The notes: generated by a model not told the origin, from the sequence alone. Counted from the first letter of the stretch, positions 17,629-25,370 are shown. The stretch is 31,840 nucleotides of DNA from a bacterium (GCA_030601965.1 JAUWAR010000001.1:1-31840), one strand, 5' to 3'. Translations and numbers: made by a program.

Positions 17629-18638
17629 CTTCTACTAAATACTTCCTAATTTTTACTTCCTACTTCTTACTTCTTACTTCCTACTTCTTAGGTTGTGCCA
17701 AAAAGGCCCCTCCACCCTCACCGGATAGATGGGCACCTAAACTTACAAAGGTTAATGCAATAGATAATACCCATATTAGACTCTACTTTACCGAAAGACT
17801 TGATGAAAATTCTGTAAAAAATATAGCGAATTATTCAATTCGGGACTGGAAAGTCCCTCCTACAATACTGGAGGTCTACTCATCAGCATTAAAGAACCAG
17901 GATATCTTTCTTGCTGTTGCAAAGATGGAACCAATAGAATACACTATTATAGTAAAAGGGGTAAAAGATATTTCTTTAAATCTTATGAAAGAGACACAAA
18001 AGAGATTTACAGGCTCCATTATTCCTGATACAACAGCCCCTGTTATCCTTTTAAAACCTCCAGCAATTTTGACGAATGTAAAGCAGGATACTTTTTTTAC
18101 TGTGAAATTTTCTGAACCCATTAAGAAGTTTGAATCTCTTATCCTTCCCACTTCCCACTTCTCACTTCCCACTTCTTATTTATCCTGGGACTCATCTTAT
18201 ACAAGTCTGACTATAAGTCCTAAAATTCTTGATACAAGTTTATTTTATAGTTTTTATGCCAGGGCTTACGATGCTGATTCTAATAGTGTCTTTTTTACCT
18301 TTTCTTTTACTGGAAAAGAAAAACTGCCAGAACTCATTATAGAAGGAGAAACAGAAAAGTCTGCACTAATCTTGGTTTTTAAGGATAAAATTCCTATAAA
18401 AGTAGCCGTATCAGACATACAGGGAGTCTATTCTTTAAAGCATCTTGATAAAGGAGATTATATTCTCAAAGTCTTTAAAGATAGCAATATCTTTGAGCAA
18501 AGCATAGAATTAATAGTAAGCAGGCAGGATGTAGATATTTTTTCTCCTGGTTCTATAGATTCAACTTTCATTCCACTATTAGAGACTATCCAAATAATTT
18601 TTCCTTCCGAATCTCGTCTTTATTACCATAAAAAATAA
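17625..18638 (+). CDS. Lipoprotein with bacterial Ig-like (Big_5-type) domains
   Basis: Lipobox FLG-C, Pro-rich linker CAKKAPPPSPD..AP, L.FTE.LD, GVKD..N, DTTAP, V.FSEPI; GTG overlaps the upstream TGA. Confidence 0.75.
   Translation: MTSTKYFLIFTSYFLLLTSYFLGCAKKAPPPSPDRWAPKLTKVNAIDNTHIRLYFTERLDENSVKNIANYSIRDWKVPPTILEVYSSALKNQDIFLAVAKMEPIEYTIIVKGVKDISLNLMKETQKRFTGSIIPDTTAPVILLKPPAILTNVKQDTFFTVKFSEPIKKFESLILPTSHFSLPTSYLSWDSSYTSLTISPKILDTSLFYSFYARAYDADSNSVFFTFSFTGKEKLPELIIEGETEKSALILVFKDKIPIKVAVSDIQGVYSLKHLDKGDYILKVFKDSNIFEQSIELIVSRQDVDIFSPGSIDSTFIPLLETIQIIFPSESRLYYHKK
17640..17688. repeat. TACTTC(C/T) heptamer array (7 units, one degenerate) encoding the lipoprotein h-region
   Basis: Same unit as the lptC array; reads YFLIFTSYFLLLTSYF. 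Confidence 0.9.
18144..18178. repeat. CTTC(C/T)(C/T)A x5 heptamer array, in frame in the lipoprotein
   Basis: CTTCCCA CTTCCCA CTTCTCA CTTCCCA CTTCTTA; reads LPTSHFSLPTSY. Confidence 0.85.
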
Positions 18639-19212
18639 TATTCCCCTTTTGCAATATTCCAATATTTGTGCATAAAGGATAAAGAGAAGTGTTTTTGCAG
18701 GAAAATAAGAGGAATATTTTTGACTTTTGCCCAAGTCTTTTAAGGAAAGGAACTACTTTTTTCTCGTTTTCTTTATCAATCGCCCGCAGAGGTTCATCAA
18801 TAATTAGAAGTTCCGGGTCATAAGATAAAGAGGCAAGAGATAACATCTTCTTTTCACTGAAAGATAGGTTCTGGCAGGGCATTTCTTTATCAAATCCAAA
18901 GTAAGATATAACTCTATCTATTCTCTCAGGAGGTAGTTCATATTTTTTAATTCCAAAACTTATTTCATCCTGCACTTTATCAAGAAACAGTCCCTCTTGG
19001 GGTATTTCAAAAGATATACCTGTTACAGGTGATGACTCATTTTCTATTGTTATTCTTCCTTTTTCTGGTTTAAGAAGTCCTGCAATCAAAAGTGCAAGCG
19101 TAGTTTTACCAAAACTATTATCTCCAAAGAATCCTGTGATTCCTTGCTCAATGGTAATGCTTAAATTCTTTATTATAGAGCCGAATGAAAGATTTTCAAT
19201 TAGTATTTTCAT
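18586..19212 (-). CDS. ABC ATPase (EcfA/CbiO-like) with degenerate motifs
   Basis: Walker A GDNSFGKTT, F..P..GLF...V.DEISFG, signature LSFSE, Walker B LIIDEP, no H-loop His. Confidence 0.75.
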   Translation of the reverse strand: MKILIENLSFGSIIKNLSITIEQGITGFFGDNSFGKTTLALLIAGLLKPEKGRITIENESSPVTGISFEIPQEGLFLDKVQDEISFGIKKYELPPERIDRVISYFGFDKEMPCQNLSFSEKKMLSLASLSYDPELLIIDEPLRAIDKENEKKVVPFLKRLGQKSKIFLLFSCKNTSLYPLCTNIGILQKGNIIFYGNKDEIRKEKLFG

Positions 19213-19247
19213 TTAATTGAGGGACTTGTAAGACTCCACCAATAATG

Positions 19248-19302
19248 GTAGTCGCAGGCTTCAGCCTGCGATATTATAACGCAACCTAAAGGTTGCGGCT
19301 AC
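19248..19302. repeat. GTAG-type REP doublet (second copy)
   Basis: GTAGTCGCAGGC-TTCA-GCCTGCG paired with CGCAACC-TAAA-GGTTGCGGCTAC. Confidence 0.85.
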
Positions 19303-20149
19303 CCTCTTTTAGTGGTAATTCTTTAATTTCTTCAAGATACTGCTCTTGTTTATTCTTATTTTTCCTATTTGCAGATTTTATTGCAGATTGGATGCCTCCA
19401 AAATAGAACCTGTTTAATCCTAAAGAGCCAATAAGAAGAGCACTCTTGTAATCCATGTTTTTTATATTTAGAACAGTAAGATACCCTGAAAGTCCAGTAA
19501 GTAGGAAGGACATAATCCCTGTTTTAATCTTTCCTGTGTATATATGTCCTGCCCCTGGGATGATTGCAGAAAGTATGCCTGCCTTTCTTGGTGAATAAAC
19601 TGGAAGGTTTTCTCCTTTTCTTGCAAATTCTACAAGTTTTGCATCATCTGTCTTTTCAAATTCAGAACCTGCTTGCCCCCATCTTTTTTCAAGAAGATAG
19701 GTTATGCCCATTAAATATGCCTTTTGTTCTTTATTTTGTAAATCTATTAGTTCTATTCTTGCCAGACTATATTCACCAAGTGCTATATAATTCTTTGCCA
19801 GAGAAAGGGAAATCCTTTCCATTAACTCCTGGTCATTATAATATTTTAACCCAAGTTCTTTCAGGTATTCTGTTGCATTTCTTATATCTCCATTTTTTTC
19901 ATAAGATTCTGCAATCTTAAACTTAATAGTTTCAGACTCGGGATGAAAAAATAGTTCCCTTCTATACTCGGTAATTGCATTATAATAATCTCCTTTATCA
20001 AACAAATAATCACCAAAAGAAGCAAAAAGAGGATAGCAAGTAGTAAGTAGCAAGTAGCAAGTAGTAAGTAGTAAAAAACCTTTATTTGCTGGTGTTCTGG
20101 TATTCTGGTGTGCTAAAGTTGCCTTCGGCAAATCTAGTGCTCTATTCAT
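19286..20149 (-). CDS. Exported TPR protein with C-terminal Gly-rich hydrophobic hairpin (TM2/DUF5683-like)
   Basis: FGDYLFDKGDYYNAITEYRR TPR, SPRKAGILSAIIPGAGHIYTG motif; start 20149 or 20155. Confidence 0.8.
   Translation of the reverse strand: MNRALDLPKATLAHQNTRTPANKGFLLLTTCYLLLTTCYPLFASFGDYLFDKGDYYNAITEYRRELFFHPESETIKFKIAESYEKNGDIRNATEYLKELGLKYYNDQELMERISLSLAKNYIALGEYSLARIELIDLQNKEQKAYLMGITYLLEKRWGQAGSEFEKTDDAKLVEFARKGENLPVYSPRKAGILSAIIPGAGHIYTGKIKTGIMSFLLTGLSGYLTVLNIKNMDYKSALLIGSLGLNRFYFGGIQSAIKSANRKNKNKQEQYLEEIKELPLKEGSRNL
20034..20134. repeat. Element mosaic at the TPR gene 5' end: TAG(C/T)AAG-type x6 (20034-20075), octamer x3 (20087-20110), TTGCC-TTC-GGCAA hairpin
   Basis: Read directly; encodes LPKA, HQNTRTPA and LLLTTCYLLLTTCY. 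Confidence 0.8.
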
Positions 20150-20759
20150 CAGCATTTAGCCTTTCATTGAGATGTTTTTCTCTGCTATGTTTATTAAAGA
20201 GTTTTGCTGAAATTACAGAGCCATAAATGTCACCCACATAAAGCAGAAGACTAAATATACCAAGTCCATAAGCAGGAAGTTCTTTATCTTCTTCATAATA
20301 ACTATATGCAAGTGATGAAGAACCAACTATTAGAATAAAGGAGAACAATCCATCTCCAAGTCTTCCAGAATACGCCCTTCCACTTCCGGGGATAACAGCA
20401 GAAAGGATACCGGCTACAACAGGATTTTTATATGGGATTCCTTTGCCGTTTGTTTTACCAATCTCAAAAATCGCATTTGTTTTTCTGAATATCTCCATAG
20501 CCTGTTCATATTTACCTGATTTTTGATAACAAAGCCCAATCTTAAACTCTATATCGTTCTTTTTGGGACAAGTGGGGGAGAGATATAAAAATCTTTGATA
20601 TTCAGTAATAGCTCTATCATAATCTTTTTGTTCATACAAAAAATCTGCAAAGGAGAGAACTTTGTCAGGGTTAAGGATTTGTGAAAGATTATCTGGATAG
20701 GTTATGGATGCAAGAAACAAGAAGGCAAGAAAGATATGGTTTCTATTCCACCGGGTCAT
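20142..20759 (-). CDS. Exported TPR protein with C-terminal Gly-rich hydrophobic hairpin, paralogue of 19286..20149
   Basis: FADFLYEQKDYDRAITEYQR TPR, KNPVVAGILSAVIPGSGRAYSG; N-terminal hydrophobic stretch. Confidence 0.8.
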   Translation of the reverse strand: MTRWNRNHIFLAFLFLASITYPDNLSQILNPDKVLSFADFLYEQKDYDRAITEYQRFLYLSPTCPKKNDIEFKIGLCYQKSGKYEQAMEIFRKTNAIFEIGKTNGKGIPYKNPVVAGILSAVIPGSGRAYSGRLGDGLFSFILIVGSSSLAYSYYEEDKELPAYGLGIFSLLLYVGDIYGSVISAKLFNKHSREKHLNERLNADE

Positions 20760-21084
20760 ATAGTTTATATCCTCTTTGTTTAGTCCATTTTACCTTATAG
20801 TATTCTGGCGCATATTGCCAGGAAAAGTAATTGCATCTTTCAAGTCTATCAAATGCCATTATGGTACCTTTTATGGGACCGTGTTTTTTTATTGCCTGTC
20901 CAGCATAACGGGAGCAGGAAGGAGTAAAATTACACACATCACCTTGTATGTCAGAAAAAACAAATTGATAAACTTTTATAACTTTTTCCAATAGAAAGGA
21001 AAGTGGATAAAACTGCTTTTGAGGAGTAATGGCTAAAGTATCTGCGGAAAGATTAAGAAATAATACTATTAAAGAAACATACAC
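20743..21084 (-). CDS. YidD-family paralogue with N-terminal signal-like segment
   Basis: VYQ..S..QG..CNFTPSCSRYA..AI.K.G..KG..M..DRL.RCN motif; leader MYVSLIVLFLNLSA; GTG start uncertain. Confidence 0.85.
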   Translation of the reverse strand: MYVSLIVLFLNLSADTLAITPQKQFYPLSFLLEKVIKVYQFVFSDIQGDVCNFTPSCSRYAGQAIKKHGPIKGTIMAFDRLERCNYFSWQYAPEYYKVKWTKQRGYKLYDPVE

Positions 21085-21104
21085 ACTGAGGAACTAAAAT
21101 AAAG

Positions 21105-21139
21105 AATAAAATAAGGGAGGAAGAATAAATCCTCCTCCC
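21105..21139 (-). terminator. Probable intrinsic terminator after the 149-aa secreted protein
   Basis: Minus strand GGGAGGA...TCCTCCC stem followed by TTATTTTATT. Confidence 0.55.
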
Positions 21140-21147
21140 TATCCTTA

Positions 21148-21597
21148 CTATTTTCTGAGGTTCTCCTTTTGTTCTATTTCTGTCATTGTCTTGCCGTCCA
21201 TAGCCTCCAAGGCAATCATAAGCCTTCCAATAGGAAGCCCTATAACATCGGTGCCCAGTTTGACCCATTCCATTGTTCTAACATTTCGCTCCTTAAATTC
21301 TCTACCAACTCTTGGGCCTAAAAGCCATGCTGCAAAACATCCGCCAACCCCTGCCGCTTGATAACCCTTATACCAGCAAAGTGGGGCTCCTATAACCACA
21401 AGCTGCAACCACTCCTGTATTTCTATAGGCTTACCCTCATTCATCTCAAGTCCAATTCTTGGCCCAAGACAACAAGAGGCAAAGCCTGGCATCATCCCCC
21501 CCTCGCCTTTTGCTGGAGCAGTCTCTTGAGCAAATCCAGAGGAAAGAATGAAGCAGAAGACAATACTTATAAAAACTGACATCATAGCTTTACGCAT
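21148..21597 (-). CDS. Secreted hypothetical protein with an internal duplication
   Basis: SD AGGAGG, signal peptide ending GFA, repeats ASCCLGPRIGLE..EWLQL and AAWLLGPRVGRE..EWVKL. Confidence 0.8.
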   Translation of the reverse strand: MRKAMMSVFISIVFCFILSSGFAQETAPAKGEGGMMPGFASCCLGPRIGLEMNEGKPIEIQEWLQLVVIGAPLCWYKGYQAAGVGGCFAAWLLGPRVGREFKERNVRTMEWVKLGTDVIGLPIGRLMIALEAMDGKTMTEIEQKENLRK

Positions 21598-21706
21598 AAT
21601 ATCACCTCCTCTTAATTTATTTAGCATAATATTGCAAAAGTATGATAAAATGTCAAGAACTTTTTTTATTCCAAAATTTTTACCCCTTTTGCCGGCTTCA
21701 TAATGT

Positions 21707-22517
21707 TCACTGACTGGTTCCGAAAAGACAACATCCTATTGCACTACCCATAAGACACCCTGTAGTAGCATTTCTTACTTGGGCCTTTTTGCCTGCCTTT
21801 TTGTAACAACTTCTATAAGCGGAGACATACTCTGGCGACTTCCCCAGTAATCTAACTGCTGGTGGAGATGGTTCAATTATATAAGCGGCTCCGACAGTTA
21901 ATAAGGGAAATAGGCAACCAGCGCCCATCCAGAGTGTCTTATTTATGTCAGATTTAGCATCAAGTTTAGCTCGTAAACAAACATTCCAATAGTCGCCTTT
22001 TTCTGTTGGCGCTCTGGATATTGGCTCTTTGTATTTTGTAGGCACTTCTCTTCTTTCTGCGGTTTCAAATGTTCCTGTTGCAATCTGCTGAGCTATTTTA
22101 TAACAGGCATTTGGTATTTCACCTTCTGACCTGCACTGCACACTACGTGCAGATTCAATCTCGCCTGATGCAGTATTTATCATCCTTATATTTATAGTAT
22201 AAATCTCTCCCATAGCTATAACACTGCCTGTTACAACCAATTTCGCCCCCAACATTCTACCTATCTCTGAGGCAGTGCTTTCATCAAGCACTCCCGTCAT
22301 ACTAAGTTTCTGTTCAGATAAGACCTTTTCAAGTTTTGTCCGTTCAACTACTCTATATTCACCTGTATTTACAAGTTCCGTGCGCAGAAATTCTGCTACC
22401 CCTCTTGCCAAAGATGACCTTACTACTTATTGGTTCAAAATCAAGCACTGCTATCACAGGTTTCTGTGCCCATACGGTTGAGGCTGCTAACATAAATACT
22501 GCAATATATTTACACAT
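21707..22517 (-). pseudogene. Secreted CsgG/FlgO/TolB-N-like domain protein with C-terminal unknown domain; +1 frameshift near 22420-22430
   Basis: SD AAGGAG, ATG 22517, signal peptide and KPVIAVLDFEP in one frame; LARGVAEFLRTELVNTGEYRVVER...VVTGSV in the next frame. Removing one base gives 269 aa. Confidence 0.75.
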
Positions 22518-22551
22518 AATAACTTCTCCTTTCGTAAGTGTAAATTACACA

Positions 22552-22622
22552 CTGGGGAGCAAGGATTCGAACCTCGATACCAGGATCCAGAGTCCTGTGT
22601 CCTGCCGTTGGACGACTCCCCA
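22552..22622 (-). tRNA. tRNA-Gln (anticodon CTG); CCA not encoded
   Basis: TGGGGAG/CTCCCCA acceptor stem, CAGGA-CTCTGGA-TCCTG anticodon arm, GGTTCGAATCC T-arm. Confidence 0.95.
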
Positions 22623-22623
22623 A

Positions 22624-22663
22624 ACTAAAAGTCTAAAATACCTAAATGCCTAAACACCTAAAA
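22624..22663. repeat. Degenerate octamer array x5 immediately 5' of tRNA-Gln
   Basis: ACTAAAAG TCTAAAAT ACCTAAAT GCCTAAAC ACCTAAAA. Confidence 0.6.
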
Positions 22664-22693
22664 TAAAATATCTTTTTACTCCTAATTTTTAAA

Positions 22694-22722
22694 GGTCTAA
22701 TTCCAGATAATGTAAAAGTCAA
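22694..22722 (-). promoter_or_regulatory. Putative sigma70 promoter of tRNA-Gln
   Basis: TTGACT 22722-22717, 17 nt, TAGACC 22699-22694. Confidence 0.4.
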
Positions 22723-22755
22723 GAATTTAATTCCTAAAATTTTGTAATTTGGGAT

Positions 22756-24390
22756 TTAAAATCTGGAAATCCCAATCTTCCTTACTACAAGTTCTATAAT
22801 AAGTAATCCTAATACAAATAAAAGCAAAAATCTCTTCAAATGTAATCGCGACCAGGAGGTCGCTCCTACACTAATAACAGGAGAAAAGAAATTCTTACTT
22901 ATATTTACTGAAAACCCTTTCACATTTTCAAGTCTATAATTACCCATAATCTCTGGGGTGATATAGACATATAATCCAGTCTGTGTTTGTTTTGGAAATA
23001 GAGTAGTAACCCCTTGTGGAGTTACACACTTATAAGGTCTAAATTGGACAACCTTGAACCTTGCCTGGTCCCCGACAAGGAAATTTTGTTTCTCTTTCTC
23101 CTTTCCAGCTAAATAATAAACAGTGTTATAAATAAAAGGCACAAATAGAGGAGAGAGCACAAAATCACCTCCCTCTTTTATTAATGAAAAAAGAAAGTAT
23201 ATCACCCCGCAATCTTGCGGGGTGCCACCAGATTTTTCTACTATCGCTGGAGTGCCATCAGAAAAATATGCAATAACTTTTCCTGTGATAGTGGTATCAG
23301 CAGGAATGAATTTGATTTGTTTAATATCCTCTTTATTTAAACCCCAGAATACTGGATGTGAAAAATCTATCCTTGAGAGATTAAGAAAAGAGAGATGTGA
23401 GATGTGAGATGTGAGATGTGGGTAACAGATAAGACTTCCTTTATCTGGTTGGAAACTTGGGTATTCCATAAATATCATTACATCAAAATTGGGTTTAGGG
23501 GTCTCAGATATTTTAACCTCAACAGGTGTAGAAACCTCAGGTGGTGAGAGTGCGTTCTTCACATAAAATGTAGCAGATTCCTCACCAACAATAAGAATCT
23601 TTAGAGGTTCCTGCTCGGGATATGTAAAATATCTCCTGTTATCAATCTCAAAATCATCTCTGCCTCTTATCTCTATAAAACCAGAACTTCCAGTGAAGGT
23701 TTTATTTAGAGGAAATATTACAGTAGAAACTGATAAAGGTTGTATCTGTGCCCTTTTTCCAAACAGGTTCTCTCCCATAGATAGTTCAGCGATTATCTCC
23801 TTTTCTATTTTAGAGAAGTTTCTTATTACTGCACAGACTTTAGGATTATCAGAAAGAGGGTTAAGAATAAATAAACTATCTATTCCAAGACTATTTTTTG
23901 AAGACTCAATTTCTATTTTCTTGATGCCCTGTTTTACAGGCTTGTCTTTTTCTGTAATAACGCAACTTCTTTCTGGTAAATCAAGAAGAGAGAACTTTTT
24001 ATAAACCCATCTTGCATCTTTATTTAGTTCTTCTCCGGAAGTGAGGATACAAAATGCCCCTTTTCTTTGTAATTTTAATGCAATCTCCTTACCTTTTTCA
24101 AAAACTGGGTGCATAGTATATGAATTATCAAGTATAACAAGTCTTGCTTTCCTTCTTATTACAGGATTTGCAAATGCAAAAACAAGTAATAGGATAGCAA
24201 GTGTCCTTATAATAAGAAGAATTATATCCTTAAGTTTTAGAAATCCTCTTTCTCCTTTCTCTGCTTTTCGTAATAGTTGTATTGATGGGAAAAATTTCTT
24301 TTGCATTCTTGTTCTTGCCACAAGATGTATAATAAAAGGAATAGGAACAGCGAAAAGTCCAAAGAGAAACAAAGGATTTAGAAATGCCAT
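22756..24390 (-). CDS. BatA-domain membrane protein with reduced vWA-like region
   Basis: MAFLNPLFLFGL..VPIP.IIHL, FPSIQLL, LLI.R.L....L..AFA.P, ILDNSYTM, DDFEIDN.RY, C-terminal TM ending LIIEL. Confidence 0.85.
   Translation of the reverse strand: MAFLNPLFLFGLFAVPIPFIIHLVARTRMQKKFFPSIQLLRKAEKGERGFLKLKDIILLIIRTLAILLLVFAFANPVIRRKARLVILDNSYTMHPVFEKGKEIALKLQRKGAFCILTSGEELNKDARWVYKKFSLLDLPERSCVITEKDKPVKQGIKKIEIESSKNSLGIDSLFILNPLSDNPKVCAVIRNFSKIEKEIIAELSMGENLFGKRAQIQPLSVSTVIFPLNKTFTGSSGFIEIRGRDDFEIDNRRYFTYPEQEPLKILIVGEESATFYVKNALSPPEVSTPVEVKISETPKPNFDVMIFMEYPSFQPDKGSLICYPHLTSHISHLSFLNLSRIDFSHPVFWGLNKEDIKQIKFIPADTTITGKVIAYFSDGTPAIVEKSGGTPQDCGVIYFLFSLIKEGGDFVLSPLFVPFIYNTVYYLAGKEKEKQNFLVGDQARFKVVQFRPYKCVTPQGVTTLFPKQTQTGLYVYITPEIMGNYRLENVKGFSVNISKNFFSPVISVGATSWSRLHLKRFLLLFVLGLLIIELVVRKIGISRF
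22848..22869 (-). repeat. Single GTAG-type REP in frame in the BatA-like gene
   Basis: Minus strand GTAGGAGCGACC-TCCT-GGTCGC; encodes VGATSWS. Confidence 0.75.
23203..23224. repeat. 22-nt hairpin CACCCCGCAA-TC-TTGCGGGGTG in frame in the BatA-like gene
   Basis: 10-bp perfect stem; encodes TPQDCGV. Confidence 0.8.
23392..23419. repeat. Perfect (GAGATGT)4 in frame in the BatA-like gene
   Basis: Minus strand reads TSHISHL-type peptide. Confidence 0.9.
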
Positions 24391-24412
24391 AATTTAGTGG
24401 GTTAATCGTTTC

Positions 24413-25291
24413 CTAAACTACTTTCCTTGCAGCAAGATAAAAAAGAAGAGCATTCTCAAGAGGATGCGAGGTATTGATAAATGTATAGTCAATCTCTTTG
24501 GACCTCAGGTCAGTTTTATATCTCCCGCGCCATCTATTGAACTCATTAAGGTAAGAATCTCTAATCTCTGGTCCTGTTTTAATTTCATCGTTTTTCTCAA
24601 GGTCTCTGAAGATAAATCCATCTTTAAATGGGAATAAAATCTCTGCACTATCCATAATATGGAAGACAATTACCTCATTTTTCTTACCCTTGAAGACTTT
24701 TAATGAATGGATTGTCGCCTCAGGCGACTTATCAAGAAGGTCCGAAATAAGTATTACGAGACCCCTTCTTTTGATTCTTGCTGCAAGTTTTAACAAAATA
24801 GATGCGATATCTGTCTCTCCACCTGTGTTTTGTGTTTCAAGAACATTCATAATATGTCCAAGATGAGCCTTGGTGCTACCTGGAGACAAGAAATGTTCTA
24901 TACTACTATTAAAAGTGGTAAGTGATACTGCGTCTTTTTGATTTATGAGCAGATATGAAAGAGAGGCAGCCAAATACGCCCCATATTCAAATTTTGAGAT
25001 GCCATTTGATGTATATGACATTGAATTTGAGGCATCAAGAATTATATAGGCTGATAGATTAGTCTCTTCTTCAAATTGTTTTGTATAGAGTCTTTGTCTT
25101 CTTGCATATACCTTCCAGTCTATTCTTTTTGGTGCATCCCCTGGCATATAAGGTCTATGTTCTGTGAACTCAAGGGAAAAGCCATGGTATGGCGACTTAT
25201 GTAGCCCCACCATAAGTCCTTCAACAACGAGTCTTGCTCTTAACTCCATAGACTCAATCTTTGATAATATCTTGGGGTCAAGATATTTCAT
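24413..25291 (-). CDS. DUF58 family protein (vWA-like, usual MoxR partner)
   Basis: GLHKSPYHG.S.EF.EHR.Y.PGD...IDWKV.AR, KQFEEETN, ILDASNSM, LISDLLD. Confidence 0.93.
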   Translation of the reverse strand: MKYLDPKILSKIESMELRARLVVEGLMVGLHKSPYHGFSLEFTEHRPYMPGDAPKRIDWKVYARRQRLYTKQFEEETNLSAYIILDASNSMSYTSNGISKFEYGAYLAASLSYLLINQKDAVSLTTFNSSIEHFLSPGSTKAHLGHIMNVLETQNTGGETDIASILLKLAARIKRRGLVILISDLLDKSPEATIHSLKVFKGKKNEVIVFHIMDSAEILFPFKDGFIFRDLEKNDEIKTGPEIRDSYLNEFNRWRGRYKTDLRSKEIDYTFINTSHPLENALLFYLAARKVV

Positions 25292-25292
25292 T

Positions 25293-25370
25293 GGTTATTA
25301 GTTATTGGTTTGTAGTTATTGGTATTTTATTCTATTTTATCTATGAACAATGAACTATCAACTATGAACC
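25293..25370. repeat. Inverted pair of heptamer arrays, same family as 24-92; supplies the yidC stop
   Basis: GGTTATT AGTTATT GGTTTGT AGTTATT at 25293-25320; reverse complement of 25341-25370 is GGTTCAT AGTTGAT AGTTCAT TGTTCAT AG. Confidence 0.8.

Noticed and set aside
18586-18638. 53-nt convergent overlap of the lipoprotein and ABC ATPase genes
   Set aside because: The lipoprotein tail looks like non-conserved run-on over the ATPase end; common in compact genomes.
22336-22653. 105-aa plus-strand ORF
   Set aside because: It overlaps tRNA-Gln and the true 5' end of the CsgG-like gene on the other strand.
22500-22700. tRNA-Gln as an integration site for an island or prophage
   Set aside because: I found no duplicated tRNA 3' end and no integrase, and noticed no obvious compositional shift in flanking genes.
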